DNA of 60,355 nucleotides from a virus (lineage: Duplodnaviria > Caudoviricetes): the IMG/VR virus record IMGVR_UViG_3300028920_000077, positions 1 through 60,355 of that record. The stretch is one strand, 5' to 3'. The first letter of the stretch is position 1. The number at the start of each line of letters is the position of its first letter. The position numbers and the translations under genes are program-made. The notes below the pieces were generated by a model. That model had not been told where the DNA came from and did no database searches. It saw only the letters and a program-made list of their open reading frames with translations. Below are positions 10,754 through 20,324 of the stretch, piece by piece.

Positions 10754-11197
10754 TTATTTGTGAATATCTATTTTGCCACTTTCTTCTATATATTGAAATC
10801 TATATTCTAAGATAGCAACTACCCAATCTTGCTCAGAAATTACACCCTGTCTAACCAATGAATAGTATGTAACTAAAGCATCTGGATTGAATTTTTTATA
10901 ATCCTCCATAGCATATACGATCCTGCTCATAATTCTATCAGCAGTGTATTCAGGATCTACATTCTCTTCTATTTTTTCCATAGAAGCTATTTGTATGTCC
11001 ATTTCCTTTCGATACATAGGTGGGGCTCTATCTATCCTACTTTCAACTTCTTCATATTCATCAGGAACTATCCTGGTGGTAGGGAAATGTTCGGGAGGGT
11101 ATTCTTGAACTTTACCTATACCAATCCACCTTTCAGATTCATTTAGTTCCGTGTCTAAATATGTCTTAATTCTTGTGAGTATCTGATATCTTTTCAT
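10754..11197 (-). CDS. Putative tail terminator/completion protein
   Basis: 147 aa, directly upstream of the major tail gene. Confidence 0.6.
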   Translation of the reverse strand: MKRYQILTRIKTYLDTELNESERWIGIGKVQEYPPEHFPTTRIVPDEYEEVESRIDRAPPMYRKEMDIQIASMEKIEENVDPEYTADRIMSRIVYAMEDYKKFNPDALVTYYSLVRQGVISEQDWVVAILEYRFQYIEESGKIDIHK

Positions 11198-11559
11198 TTT
11201 TTCAAAAAATATCCTATCGCTGTGCTAATAAGTGTTGTGAAAAAAGTTATAACTCCTGCCATATAAACAATAAAACGATAAGTAACAAACTTGTCTGCAA
11301 AATTTTTATTTTCATTACATAAATTCTCAAACTGTTTTTCTATGTTGACAATCTTAACCCTCTGGGTAATTGTCTCTTCATTTAACTTATCTATTTTCTT
11401 AGTTATTTCCTGTAAACTATTAATAACAGTCTTCTGGTCTTTTGTAATATTATCTTTAATATTGTTTAACTTAATTGTATTGGGGCATGTAGAATAATCA
11501 TGCCCCTTACCAAGTTGAGCTGTCACTAAAAGATCATCTAAAGCTGTTTGGTCTGCCAT
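11194..11559 (-). CDS. Coiled-coil protein with C-terminal TM helix (holin/XhlA-like)
   Basis: Heptad region followed by FIVYMAGVITFFTTLISTAIGYFLKK. Confidence 0.5.
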   Translation of the reverse strand: MADQTALDDLLVTAQLGKGHDYSTCPNTIKLNNIKDNITKDQKTVINSLQEITKKIDKLNEETITQRVKIVNIEKQFENLCNENKNFADKFVTYRFIVYMAGVITFFTTLISTAIGYFLKK

Positions 11560-11560
11560 T

Positions 11561-14500
11561 TTATGGTATCCTTACAACAATCTCATTAAGTTGACCAGTG
11601 TTAATAGTATATTCTATATAAATACCTTCCATCCTGTCTGTCAATGTAAATTGCTTTGCAACAACGCCTGTTACAGCCTGTGTGCTAACTAAAACAAGTG
11701 GAGATGTAGTATCATATACCTTTATAGTTATATCAGAGCCAGGTGAACAAGAAACAAAGATTGTTTTTGGTCTAGTTCTGAACCAAGTATTATTTAATCT
11801 GACTGTATTCCCAGACACAGTCTTAGGTATATCTATCATATTCCAGTATCTACCAGTCCAAGGTGTTTTAGTTAAGTAAGTTACATTCGGACTTATGGTC
11901 GGTGTATTGGTTATTGTAAACGTACTAGTAATAGTAGGTGTATTGGTTATTGTAAACGTACTAGTAATAGTAGGTGTATTGGTAAATGTATTTGTATAAG
12001 TGTTAGTTACTGTTTCAGTATTTGTAAAAGTTACTGTTTCAGTATGTGTAGGTGTATGTGTAAGTGTAAATGTATTTGTGATAGTAGGAGTGTTTGTGAT
12101 AGTAGGTGTATATGTGCAAGTTCCTATTCCATCATCAATCAACTCTATATAATCAAATCTCCAATACTTATCACCCATACTTTCTGATGCTCCCGTTAAT
12201 GTTAAACATAGAACATTATGAGTTGGATTGTAATTGGTTACAATTGTTTTTTGTTCCCATACATACTCTACAGAAGGTGTAATATTAATATCATTAATTT
12301 GAGAACAAGAACAATCATTCCAAGTTGCTTCATCTAATCTGGCATATAACCCACCAGCAAAAGAAGAATTAGAGGAGTCTTTCCTAACCCAAATCTTAAT
12401 AGTATACAACCTTGAAGGATCTACCAAGAATGTTTTAACAGCAGAATGTTGACCAGTTAGGTCTGAAGCTGTTATGAAACCTGCATAAGTTCCTTCATAT
12501 TTTGTTGTAGAATTACAACCCAAACTTCCATCACCACAATCTGTCCAATCAGTGCAAGTTCCAGTTTCGAAATCATCCAAAACTATTCCAGTACAACCAA
12601 ATAAAGTTGCTGTTGGATAGAGCGTCGGTGTATCAGTATTTGTCACTGTAAATGTATTTGTAGGAGTATTAGTAAATGTATGTGTGTTAGTTGAAGTATT
12701 TGTAAATGTATTTGTCGCTGTAAATGTATTTGTCGCTGTAAATGTATTTGTAGGAGTATTAGTAAATGTATTTGTGACAGTTGGAGTGCAAGTAATTCCT
12801 GTTAAATCTTGAACTTCTATTAAATCATATAATGCTACATATTGAGAACCAAATGAGTTATAGTTTGTATTAAGCGAAATACAAGTATCTGCACTTAAAG
12901 CTAAAAATCCGTTAGATATTGTCTTTTGTTCCCAGGTATCTAGTGTTGATGGAGTAATATTATTATTGAAATGTCTTAAATCATCTTGATCACAAGGACA
13001 ATCATTACATTCTCCATTATATACATTACCAAATAATTGAAGATTACTATTTGTTGAATACGCCCAAGCTGTTATTTTATAATTATGCCCTGGGATAGTT
13101 TTCAATTTTATTGTTGTAACATTATTCTTATTTGGTGATCCCGCAGGTGAATGGTATAAAACTCCTGAACCACTATATGCTAGTCCATCGAAATAACATT
13201 CATTAATAGGTGTGCCACCAGTATCTTGACAATATGTATAATCCCAACATTCTAACGAAGATTCAAAGTCAAAAACCTGCTTAATACAACCTACAAGTGG
13301 TGTAGCTGTTGATAAAAAGGTGCAAGTATATGTAGATGTATTAGTAGGTGTAGATGTATTTGTCACTGTAAATGTATTTGTCACAGTACTAGTTGGTGTA
13401 TTAGTAATTGTAAATGTTTCTGTAACAGTATTAGTAATTGTATTGGTAGGTGTATTAGTTGGTGTGCAAGTTCCAGAAGTTGGAGGATCTTCTGTTCCTG
13501 ATCCTGAATTATGCCTTTCTGTTACTTCACATTGTGATAATTCATAATCATAAATTACGAATTCATCTATTTGACCGATTAAATCTAATACACTAGACAT
13601 AAGAATGCCTATCTGGAAATTACTTGTATAAGATAATGTTTCAGTAAGAGAATCACTTAATACAGAAACATCTTCATTATTTCCATCTATATAAACATTT
13701 GTTCCACTTGCGTCGGTTGTATCATCACAGGTAATTACTAGATGATGGAAAGTATTGTTATTCCATCCGTCACTTACTGTAATTATACTTAATAGGTTGG
13801 AACCATTATAAAAACTAAATTGAATATTTCCGTTATTACTCAATAAACAATAATATCCATCACTACCTGAACTATAATTGCTAAATAATGTAACAGTAGT
13901 AGGTAACCCAGATTCAACCTTAAACCAACATTCTATAGAAAAGGCATCATCTGTTTGAAATCTTGCTATTGTTCCACAATCTATATATTCATTTGAATCA
14001 CCATCTAAATCTATACAATTATTTAATTTTCCTGAAACCCAATCTACATCTTCTATATTTGTTCCTGTAGCATTTCTACCATTACCAGAGCTATCAGCCA
14101 CAAAAGTTCCTGATGTTTCATTTAAATGATAATGAGCATATAATCCCCATTTAGGTGTATTTGTGGTGGTAGGTGTGTTTGTATTAGTAGGTGTGTTTGT
14201 AGTGGTAAAGGTATTTGTAATAGTGAAAGTATTGGTAGGTGCATTTGTGGACGTGGAAGTACTAGTTGGTGTGCAAGTGCTTAATCCTACTGGAATAACT
14301 TCTAAATTATCAAACCAATAAGAATTGCCAGGACTTTGACTATAAACCTCCAATTTCACACAAATCATAGAACCAGAAGGATCAAAATCAGTTGCCAAGA
14401 CTTTCCTTTGCCAAGTATCATTGGAATTTGGTTGGATTATAACACCAGCAATATCTTCGCATAAGCATCCATTACAACCATCATCTGAATCCTCCACCAA

Positions 14501-14878
14501 CCCTCTAACGGTAGTATTAGTTCCAGTTTGCCTATTCACCCAAATTGCTATATCATACGTCAGGTCGGGATCTACGTTTATACTTCTTACTGCCCTTCCA
14601 TAACTAAGTAATGTATTAACTGTAAGTTTTAATGAACTATCTCCCATATATGCCTTATCTGAAGATGGGCATGTCATATCAACTTCATCACAAGAACTCC
14701 ATTCAGAACAAGTTCCATTTTCGAAACCATCTTTATATTCACAGATCCATTCTGTTGAAGTTGGCACTACAGTGCAGGTTTTAGTTGACGTATTAGTAAC
14801 TGTAGGAGTATTAGTTTGGGCATTACAAAAACTATAAAATAATAATAATATAAATAAAATTTTTATTATCTTTTTCAT
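11561..14878 (-). CDS. Signal-peptide protein with Thr/Pro/Asn linkers, a LamG domain and three carbohydrate-binding-like repeats
   Basis: MKKIIKILFILLLFYSFCNA signal peptide; TNTPT/TNTFT tracts; LamG motifs (YHLNETSG..DSSGNG, FSIECWFK, HHLVIT, GQIDEFVIYDYELS); three D(G)FE..C..W...WEQKTI units. Confidence 0.8.
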   Translation of the reverse strand: MKKIIKILFILLLFYSFCNAQTNTPTVTNTSTKTCTVVPTSTEWICEYKDGFENGTCSEWSSCDEVDMTCPSSDKAYMGDSSLKLTVNTLLSYGRAVRSINVDPDLTYDIAIWVNRQTGTNTTVRGLVEDSDDGCNGCLCEDIAGVIIQPNSNDTWQRKVLATDFDPSGSMICVKLEVYSQSPGNSYWFDNLEVIPVGLSTCTPTSTSTSTNAPTNTFTITNTFTTTNTPTNTNTPTTTNTPKWGLYAHYHLNETSGTFVADSSGNGRNATGTNIEDVDWVSGKLNNCIDLDGDSNEYIDCGTIARFQTDDAFSIECWFKVESGLPTTVTLFSNYSSGSDGYYCLLSNNGNIQFSFYNGSNLLSIITVSDGWNNNTFHHLVITCDDTTDASGTNVYIDGNNEDVSVLSDSLTETLSYTSNFQIGILMSSVLDLIGQIDEFVIYDYELSQCEVTERHNSGSGTEDPPTSGTCTPTNTPTNTITNTVTETFTITNTPTSTVTNTFTVTNTSTPTNTSTYTCTFLSTATPLVGCIKQVFDFESSLECWDYTYCQDTGGTPINECYFDGLAYSGSGVLYHSPAGSPNKNNVTTIKLKTIPGHNYKITAWAYSTNSNLQLFGNVYNGECNDCPCDQDDLRHFNNNITPSTLDTWEQKTISNGFLALSADTCISLNTNYNSFGSQYVALYDLIEVQDLTGITCTPTVTNTFTNTPTNTFTATNTFTATNTFTNTSTNTHTFTNTPTNTFTVTNTDTPTLYPTATLFGCTGIVLDDFETGTCTDWTDCGDGSLGCNSTTKYEGTYAGFITASDLTGQHSAVKTFLVDPSRLYTIKIWVRKDSSNSSFAGGLYARLDEATWNDCSCSQINDINITPSVEYVWEQKTIVTNYNPTHNVLCLTLTGASESMGDKYWRFDYIELIDDGIGTCTYTPTITNTPTITNTFTLTHTPTHTETVTFTNTETVTNTYTNTFTNTPTITSTFTITNTPTITSTFTITNTPTISPNVTYLTKTPWTGRYWNMIDIPKTVSGNTVRLNNTWFRTRPKTIFVSCSPGSDITIKVYDTTSPLVLVSTQAVTGVVAKQFTLTDRMEGIYIEYTINTGQLNEIVVRIP

Positions 14879-15066
14879 TATTCACACTCCTTGCATTTTT
14901 TGATGTAAAAACTTCCATTTTTCCTTGTCTTAATTAACTTCTTCTTCTTTTTTTCTTCTTCAGCGTGTATTGCAGCTAACGCATTTTCACATTCTTTTTG
15001 CGTTTTATATACGCAGGGACCATTGCCTATTTTCCACTTTCCATTGCTACATTGAATACAAGGCAT
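14878..15066 (-). CDS. Small Cys-rich phage protein
   Basis: MPCIQCSNGKWKIGNGPC; GGAGG RBS. Confidence 0.65.
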   Translation of the reverse strand: MPCIQCSNGKWKIGNGPCVYKTQKECENALAAIHAEEEKKKKKLIKTRKNGSFYIKKCKECE

Positions 15067-15078
15067 GTGTAAAACCTC

Positions 15079-15804
15079 CTAAAGAATTTCTTTTAATAAA
15101 CCTTTTGTGTAATTATATTTTTTTATTTCATCATTATCTATGACTAAAAAATCAGAATGACCATTAACCCAACAGCCACTATTTGCAAGGACTTTTGTTT
15201 CACCTTCAATTACGCTATCTATCTCTTTTACGTAAGCATCATGAGTATGACCATAGATTAATTTTTCATATCTGTTTGTGTTAATAAATTTTCTTGCATT
15301 ACTGTCTATTTTATTATTTAATTTATCTAGCAAAATATTATCATCTATATTTTTTGCATTTAATATTTTTTCTATTTTCCCATAATAGTATATAGCTCTT
15401 TCAATCATTTTGTCAAATATTTTTGAACGAGTATAGAAACAAGGGTCAAATTGATGTCCATGATGAATAAAAATGTTGTTAATATTAATAAACAAGTAGA
15501 AACTTTGGCTAATTTTGAACTTTTCTGAAATGTTATTTAACAGCCCATAATCATCATGATTGCCCAGTATTTGTATTATTTTGTGTTTTTTAGAAACCTT
15601 AGATTTTAATTTAAAAAATCTTTCCCAGAATGTTATTATTCCATCTTTGTTATCTGTCTGTGTTGCTTCTAATTCATCACCATTTATGTATAATTCTACT
15701 CTCTCTTTAATTTGTAAAAGTTCATCATAAAAATCCATTATGAGTGGGTTAGTATCATCTGCCCAGTTATTTAAGTGAATGTCTGAAATAATTATTCTTT
15801 TCAT
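15079..15804 (-). CDS. Calcineurin-like metallophosphoesterase (LpxH-like)
   Basis: ISDIH, NGD, GNHD, HGH, GHTH and NSGCW motifs. Confidence 0.88.
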   Translation of the reverse strand: MKRIIISDIHLNNWADDTNPLIMDFYDELLQIKERVELYINGDELEATQTDNKDGIITFWERFFKLKSKVSKKHKIIQILGNHDDYGLLNNISEKFKISQSFYLFININNIFIHHGHQFDPCFYTRSKIFDKMIERAIYYYGKIEKILNAKNIDDNILLDKLNNKIDSNARKFINTNRYEKLIYGHTHDAYVKEIDSVIEGETKVLANSGCWVNGHSDFLVIDNDEIKKYNYTKGLLKEIL

Positions 15805-16475
15805 GTGCTCATCTCGTAAATTTTTATAATTCTTTTTGCTAATAGTTTGGCATAACCTGTGCTAGATTGTTTAACTGCTCTATCAAACCATTTTCTAGGT
15901 GGTAAAAATACCCTAGAAGCAAATAGAAACATCAATTTAATATCTCCACTTGCATGGTCTCTACTAGCTAAAGCGTAACCTGTTAGGATAGCATTTTTAG
16001 ATCTATATGGAGTAGATCTAAATTTAAAGCTAAATAACTCGCCTTTCTTGTAATCCTTAGCTTTTTTCTTTAATCTACCATGACTATCCTTAGCATCATC
16101 TGTTGGGATTATCATAAATTTCTTCTTCATGTTAATCCAAGAATGTCTGCCTGCTGGGTTAGCACCTTTGGTACCTAAATCTTGAATATTTGCATAAGGC
16201 ACACCAACAGAAATAAGATAAGTTCTAGATCTTTTAGATCTTCTTGAAACAGAATAAGTTGACCGCTTCCAAGCAGCAGCCAACTTACCTGTCCTTTTCT
16301 TTATAGATAGATTACTAAGATGCAAGCTACCTGCTGGTTTAAGATCCTCTTTGAACCAAGTTGGAAATACCTGTTCAACAACTGCACCGATATCTTTAAA
16401 TATTTCAGCATACACATCTATTTGTTTCTTTAAATCTTCAATATTAGTTGTTATAATTGGCACAGTACCATACAT
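15801..16475 (-). CDS. Neck/tail-completion protein
   Basis: Basic protein with RTGKL and VPYANIQDLGT motifs; position after the adaptor. Confidence 0.65.
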   Translation of the reverse strand: MYGTVPIITTNIEDLKKQIDVYAEIFKDIGAVVEQVFPTWFKEDLKPAGSLHLSNLSIKKRTGKLAAAWKRSTYSVSRRSKRSRTYLISVGVPYANIQDLGTKGANPAGRHSWINMKKKFMIIPTDDAKDSHGRLKKKAKDYKKGELFSFKFRSTPYRSKNAILTGYALASRDHASGDIKLMFLFASRVFLPPRKWFDRAVKQSSTGYAKLLAKRIIKIYEMST

Positions 16476-17047
16476 TAATAAGCCTCTTTTTCCAAATACA
16501 AATCTAACTCAAATTTAACTATGGGTAATAAATCAATTTTGTCTGCTTGCACAGAACTACCGAATTGACCTATGTAAGACTTCTTGCCAAAAACATCTTT
16601 GATATTATACCAAGCGATTAATTGCTTCTGAATAGCACCGAATAGGATCTCTGTCTCATCTAACGTATCTAGCCCACCGTCATATATTACTTCCGTCATT
16701 CTATTATTAGCAAGAGATTCTGTTATGATTATATCATTATCCAAACTGTAATTGTCTGCATCTATAGGATCTGTCTGTCCTAAATATCTCATGCTTGTAA
16801 TTGTATGAACAGGCTTTTCTCTTGGTAGCATAGTAACATTAGAATCCATTATCTCTGTATAGGTGTCTCGCATCCAACATCTACCTTTACAATAGGATTT
16901 GCAACTAATATATACTGTTTTTGCCCAAGACATTAAAACATCCCAGCCAGCACTGCCAGACACAATCAAAACACCATCTTTATCTTTTATGTTTCTAGCT
17001 TTTATTGTACTTGTTACAACTGGTTCAAGAAAATCTTCTAAAGCCAT
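16475..17047 (-). CDS. Head-tail adaptor protein
   Basis: 190 aa; EVIYDGG and LLPIVKFELDLY resemble adaptor motifs; synteny. Confidence 0.65.
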   Translation of the reverse strand: MALEDFLEPVVTSTIKARNIKDKDGVLIVSGSAGWDVLMSWAKTVYISCKSYCKGRCWMRDTYTEIMDSNVTMLPREKPVHTITSMRYLGQTDPIDADNYSLDNDIIITESLANNRMTEVIYDGGLDTLDETEILFGAIQKQLIAWYNIKDVFGKKSYIGQFGSSVQADKIDLLPIVKFELDLYLEKEAY

Positions 17048-17781
17048 TATTTTTTACCTTTAATCTGTTTCTTTAGTGTGTGAATTTCTTCTTTCATCTC
17101 TGTTATCATTGCAACTACACTTCCAAGTTGTAAGTTGTTTTTAGCTTGTTCTTTCATAACATTTACTAATTCATTAATATTTTTATTTGTTTCCATTTGA
17201 TATTTAACAGCATTAAGTTTAATATTTCTATTGAACTTGTTCGCCTCTCGCTCTATATTATTCGCTTCTGCTTCTATTTTCTGAAAATCAACTTCAACTA
17301 ATTTAGTTACTTCTATGCCTGGTGCAATATCAAAATTACCAAGCCTTGTGCAATGATTTCTGATTGTAGGGTATTCATCATTTGTATAGATAATTTCGCT
17401 TTCTTTAAATTTATAGTTCCTATAAAAGAAAGGTTTCATAACTTGATAGAATTTAAACCTTTTTGGTGGAATAAAATCTTTTTCAACCTTGAATGTTTCT
17501 GGAATAAAAGTATTTAATATCACCAAACACTCTACTTTATCCCTATGATTTATGAATTTTCTCCTAAAATCTTCCAAACTAAAAGCATTAAATCGCCTTG
17601 TGGCTGTATGATAAAAAAAGTCTTTGTGGGCAAAGACTATATCATTCTTCTTGAATTTTACGCCTCTGCCCATTCCAAAGAAATTTGTTAATATTTGATA
17701 TGCTTTATAATCTGGATGAGGGATAATTTCAAAGAGATCAATCTTGAATTTTTCAAATAATTGTTCTCTTGTTATGTTCAT
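17047..17781 (-). CDS. Hypothetical protein downstream of capsid
   Basis: 244 aa, GGAGG RBS, C-terminal coiled coil. Confidence 0.6.
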   Translation of the reverse strand: MNITREQLFEKFKIDLFEIIPHPDYKAYQILTNFFGMGRGVKFKKNDIVFAHKDFFYHTATRRFNAFSLEDFRRKFINHRDKVECLVILNTFIPETFKVEKDFIPPKRFKFYQVMKPFFYRNYKFKESEIIYTNDEYPTIRNHCTRLGNFDIAPGIEVTKLVEVDFQKIEAEANNIEREANKFNRNIKLNAVKYQMETNKNINELVNVMKEQAKNNLQLGSVVAMITEMKEEIHTLKKQIKGKK

Positions 17782-17797
17782 ATAACCTCCTAGATTA

Positions 17798-19021
17798 TTA
17801 TGCAGCAGCAGTTACTAATCTTGCCATTGTTTTATCAGGGAATACCTTCATGAGACCTTCTCTTCTGGTATATCTGATAACTGTTTCGTCAGTATCGAAG
17901 TAATGATGTTCACTAACATCCACTCTTAATCCGCCAGCTTCACCTAATACCACATATTGCCATGCACAATAAGCTAATGCAGCAGTGTCAGCAGCAGAAT
18001 CGCTTCTTGTAGGATATTGGTTGTGTAGAGTATATGGGTATCCCCACATTGTTCCACTAATACCACCATCAGCAGGATTCCTGAAGATATATTGTCCTGG
18101 AGTATCTGTAATTGCTTGAAGTATATTTAACATAGTTCTATGCATAATAAATCTACCTTCTTCATATACATCATCAACTACTTCTTCTGTCAATCTCAAT
18201 AAATCTTCAAAAGTAATATGTGTAAACAAAGTATTACCAGCACCGAGTGTATATTCATTTACATTGGCATCTACCATAACGCCATCAAAAGGATCGCCAT
18301 TCCCAACAATATCACCAAAATGAATTATTCTTTCTTCTTCTTTAGCAAAAGCCTCAGCAACTAACATTCCTAAATAATTTCCAATATTAGAAACGAAAGT
18401 ATCTTGAGCCCATTCAGAAGAATAAGGGATGAATAAATACATCTTAGCAGGAGAAACACTCATTGTTCCCCACTCAGGTTTCTGAGGTTGCATTACTCCA
18501 CCCTCAGCAATCCAGTTTGCTGTTAAGTTATTGGTGATTGTTCTCCAATGATGAACTAATGTGCTTAAAGGTACCACTTTAATATATTGCCTTACTCTAC
18601 TTATTTTAGGGATTATCCTTAAAATATCTGTAGAATATTCATCTATTAAAGCATACTTACCTTCAGCATCAACGCCTTCATTAATACCATGAACTGCTTT
18701 CCTTCTATAATTTGGATTGGCAGCGATTTCACCAAGGTATTTTACAAAGTTAGCAGCTTTTTTATTGGTTGAAAACACAGGGGTGTTGTTTGGTAACAAA
18801 CCATTGTTCCTTTTCATTTCCAAAGCATTAACCATGTTATTATGGGTAAACCACGCATCCATCAACCTATCTGTTTTTGCAGCATAACCTTTAACATGCT
18901 CAAGAACTTTTCTGAAATCCCTGATTATGTCTGTTTGCACCTGCACATCAGATAAAGTATTTGGATTCTTCTCCATGTCTTTCATCTTTGTTTCCATTTC
19001 ATTAATTAATTTCTCGCCCAT
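17798..19021 (-). CDS. Major capsid protein, HK97 fold
   Basis: ANWIAEG, FAKEEE..I.FGD, MWGYP and VIRYTRREG motifs; follows the protease. Confidence 0.93.
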   Translation of the reverse strand: MGEKLINEMETKMKDMEKNPNTLSDVQVQTDIIRDFRKVLEHVKGYAAKTDRLMDAWFTHNNMVNALEMKRNNGLLPNNTPVFSTNKKAANFVKYLGEIAANPNYRRKAVHGINEGVDAEGKYALIDEYSTDILRIIPKISRVRQYIKVVPLSTLVHHWRTITNNLTANWIAEGGVMQPQKPEWGTMSVSPAKMYLFIPYSSEWAQDTFVSNIGNYLGMLVAEAFAKEEERIIHFGDIVGNGDPFDGVMVDANVNEYTLGAGNTLFTHITFEDLLRLTEEVVDDVYEEGRFIMHRTMLNILQAITDTPGQYIFRNPADGGISGTMWGYPYTLHNQYPTRSDSAADTAALAYCAWQYVVLGEAGGLRVDVSEHHYFDTDETVIRYTRREGLMKVFPDKTMARLVTAAA

Positions 19022-19036
19022 TGTAACGACCTCCGA

Positions 19037-20320
19037 TTATAAGTCTTGTAGTTCTTGCTTTAATTTATTATATTCTCTGGCAACAGGGTCATATTCAGCC
19101 TGTGTCTTCTGGGGTTGTTTCTTGAAAGATTTAATAAATTTCTTATTTTCTGATTGAGCTAGCTCAACAGTATCTTCTAAAATTTTCAACCTTCTACTTA
19201 AATTTTGTTTCAGATTATCTATCTTAGAAATTAATTTATCAATATGCTTTTCTATTTTATTTTCATCAATATCTACTATAGCTTTTCCCATACTGATAAT
19301 TAACAACTCAGACTCATTATAGTCTTTCCTAAATTCTGGTAATGGTAAATTAAGCTCGTAATAGTGTTGTTTCAAATGTCTATAACCATCTTCAGCTTCT
19401 TTTTCAGAAATAGATAAATTAGTTAAATAGAATAACATTGATTTTATTACTTGAGATTTTTCTAATAGGATATTACCATCTTTATCTATATCATGATGTA
19501 AACCTCTATAGCCTTTGACGTTATTTAAATTATCCAAATCTCTTGTGGCAAAAAATTTAGAATAATTATCAAAATCTAGTTTATCTTCTTTAGAATAAAA
19601 CTTCATGATTGCTAACTTGATTTCATCTGTTTCTTTATTTGTAATACTGCCATGCATTGGCAAGTAATCACTACAATGTGGGATGCATGAGTTTTTATTT
19701 CTCTTTGCAACTTCACTTTCTGCCAAGTAAGTATTGTGTCTGAACCTACTTAAAATTTTCAACACCTCACCGTCTTTAGTTTGTAAAGCCTTTTCTAAAT
19801 AACTGTCATTGCTAAAAGGTAAAGATTTATGCCTCAATGCTCTTGGGTTCATACCCAATCCAAAACCAACAGACAACTCTAATATTTCCCATTCGTCTAT
19901 ATCCAAACCACCTTTTTTATTCACAATAACTTTATCTTCTAAACCCATAAAACCCATACTAATAGATTTTATAATGTTTCTTTCAACCTTTTCCATTAAA
20001 GCCTTTGCTTCTGGATCTGGTTCATCAAACCAGATTGTTGCAGCAACCTTAGTATTATCTTTATTATACCCGATTCTACTTGCTTGTCCTAAGACTTTAT
20101 TATTATCATGTGCAAATAATATGGGTGCATTTTCCTTGAAATGAGTAGTCCTTAGACCTTTTGGATTAACCCTATCATAGACATGATCATATTGATTGTC
20201 AGAAACAATGAAGGTAAATTCTTTATAACCCTCTGGTTTGGGAGATAATGCTGTCCAGAAGAAATCATCTTCTTTAAATTCTTTTTGATGCATGATAGCA
20301 TATAACTGTTCCATAGCCAT
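19037..20320 (-). CDS. HK97-family prohead protease with C-terminal extension
   Basis: PILFAHD, SISMGF and EILELSV catalytic-type motifs. Extra domain with LHHD..G and YRHLKQHY. Confidence 0.88.
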   Translation of the reverse strand: MAMEQLYAIMHQKEFKEDDFFWTALSPKPEGYKEFTFIVSDNQYDHVYDRVNPKGLRTTHFKENAPILFAHDNNKVLGQASRIGYNKDNTKVAATIWFDEPDPEAKALMEKVERNIIKSISMGFMGLEDKVIVNKKGGLDIDEWEILELSVGFGLGMNPRALRHKSLPFSNDSYLEKALQTKDGEVLKILSRFRHNTYLAESEVAKRNKNSCIPHCSDYLPMHGSITNKETDEIKLAIMKFYSKEDKLDFDNYSKFFATRDLDNLNNVKGYRGLHHDIDKDGNILLEKSQVIKSMLFYLTNLSISEKEAEDGYRHLKQHYYELNLPLPEFRKDYNESELLIISMGKAIVDIDENKIEKHIDKLISKIDNLKQNLSRRLKILEDTVELAQSENKKFIKSFKKQPQKTQAEYDPVAREYNKLKQELQDL

Positions 20321-20324
20321 CTCC

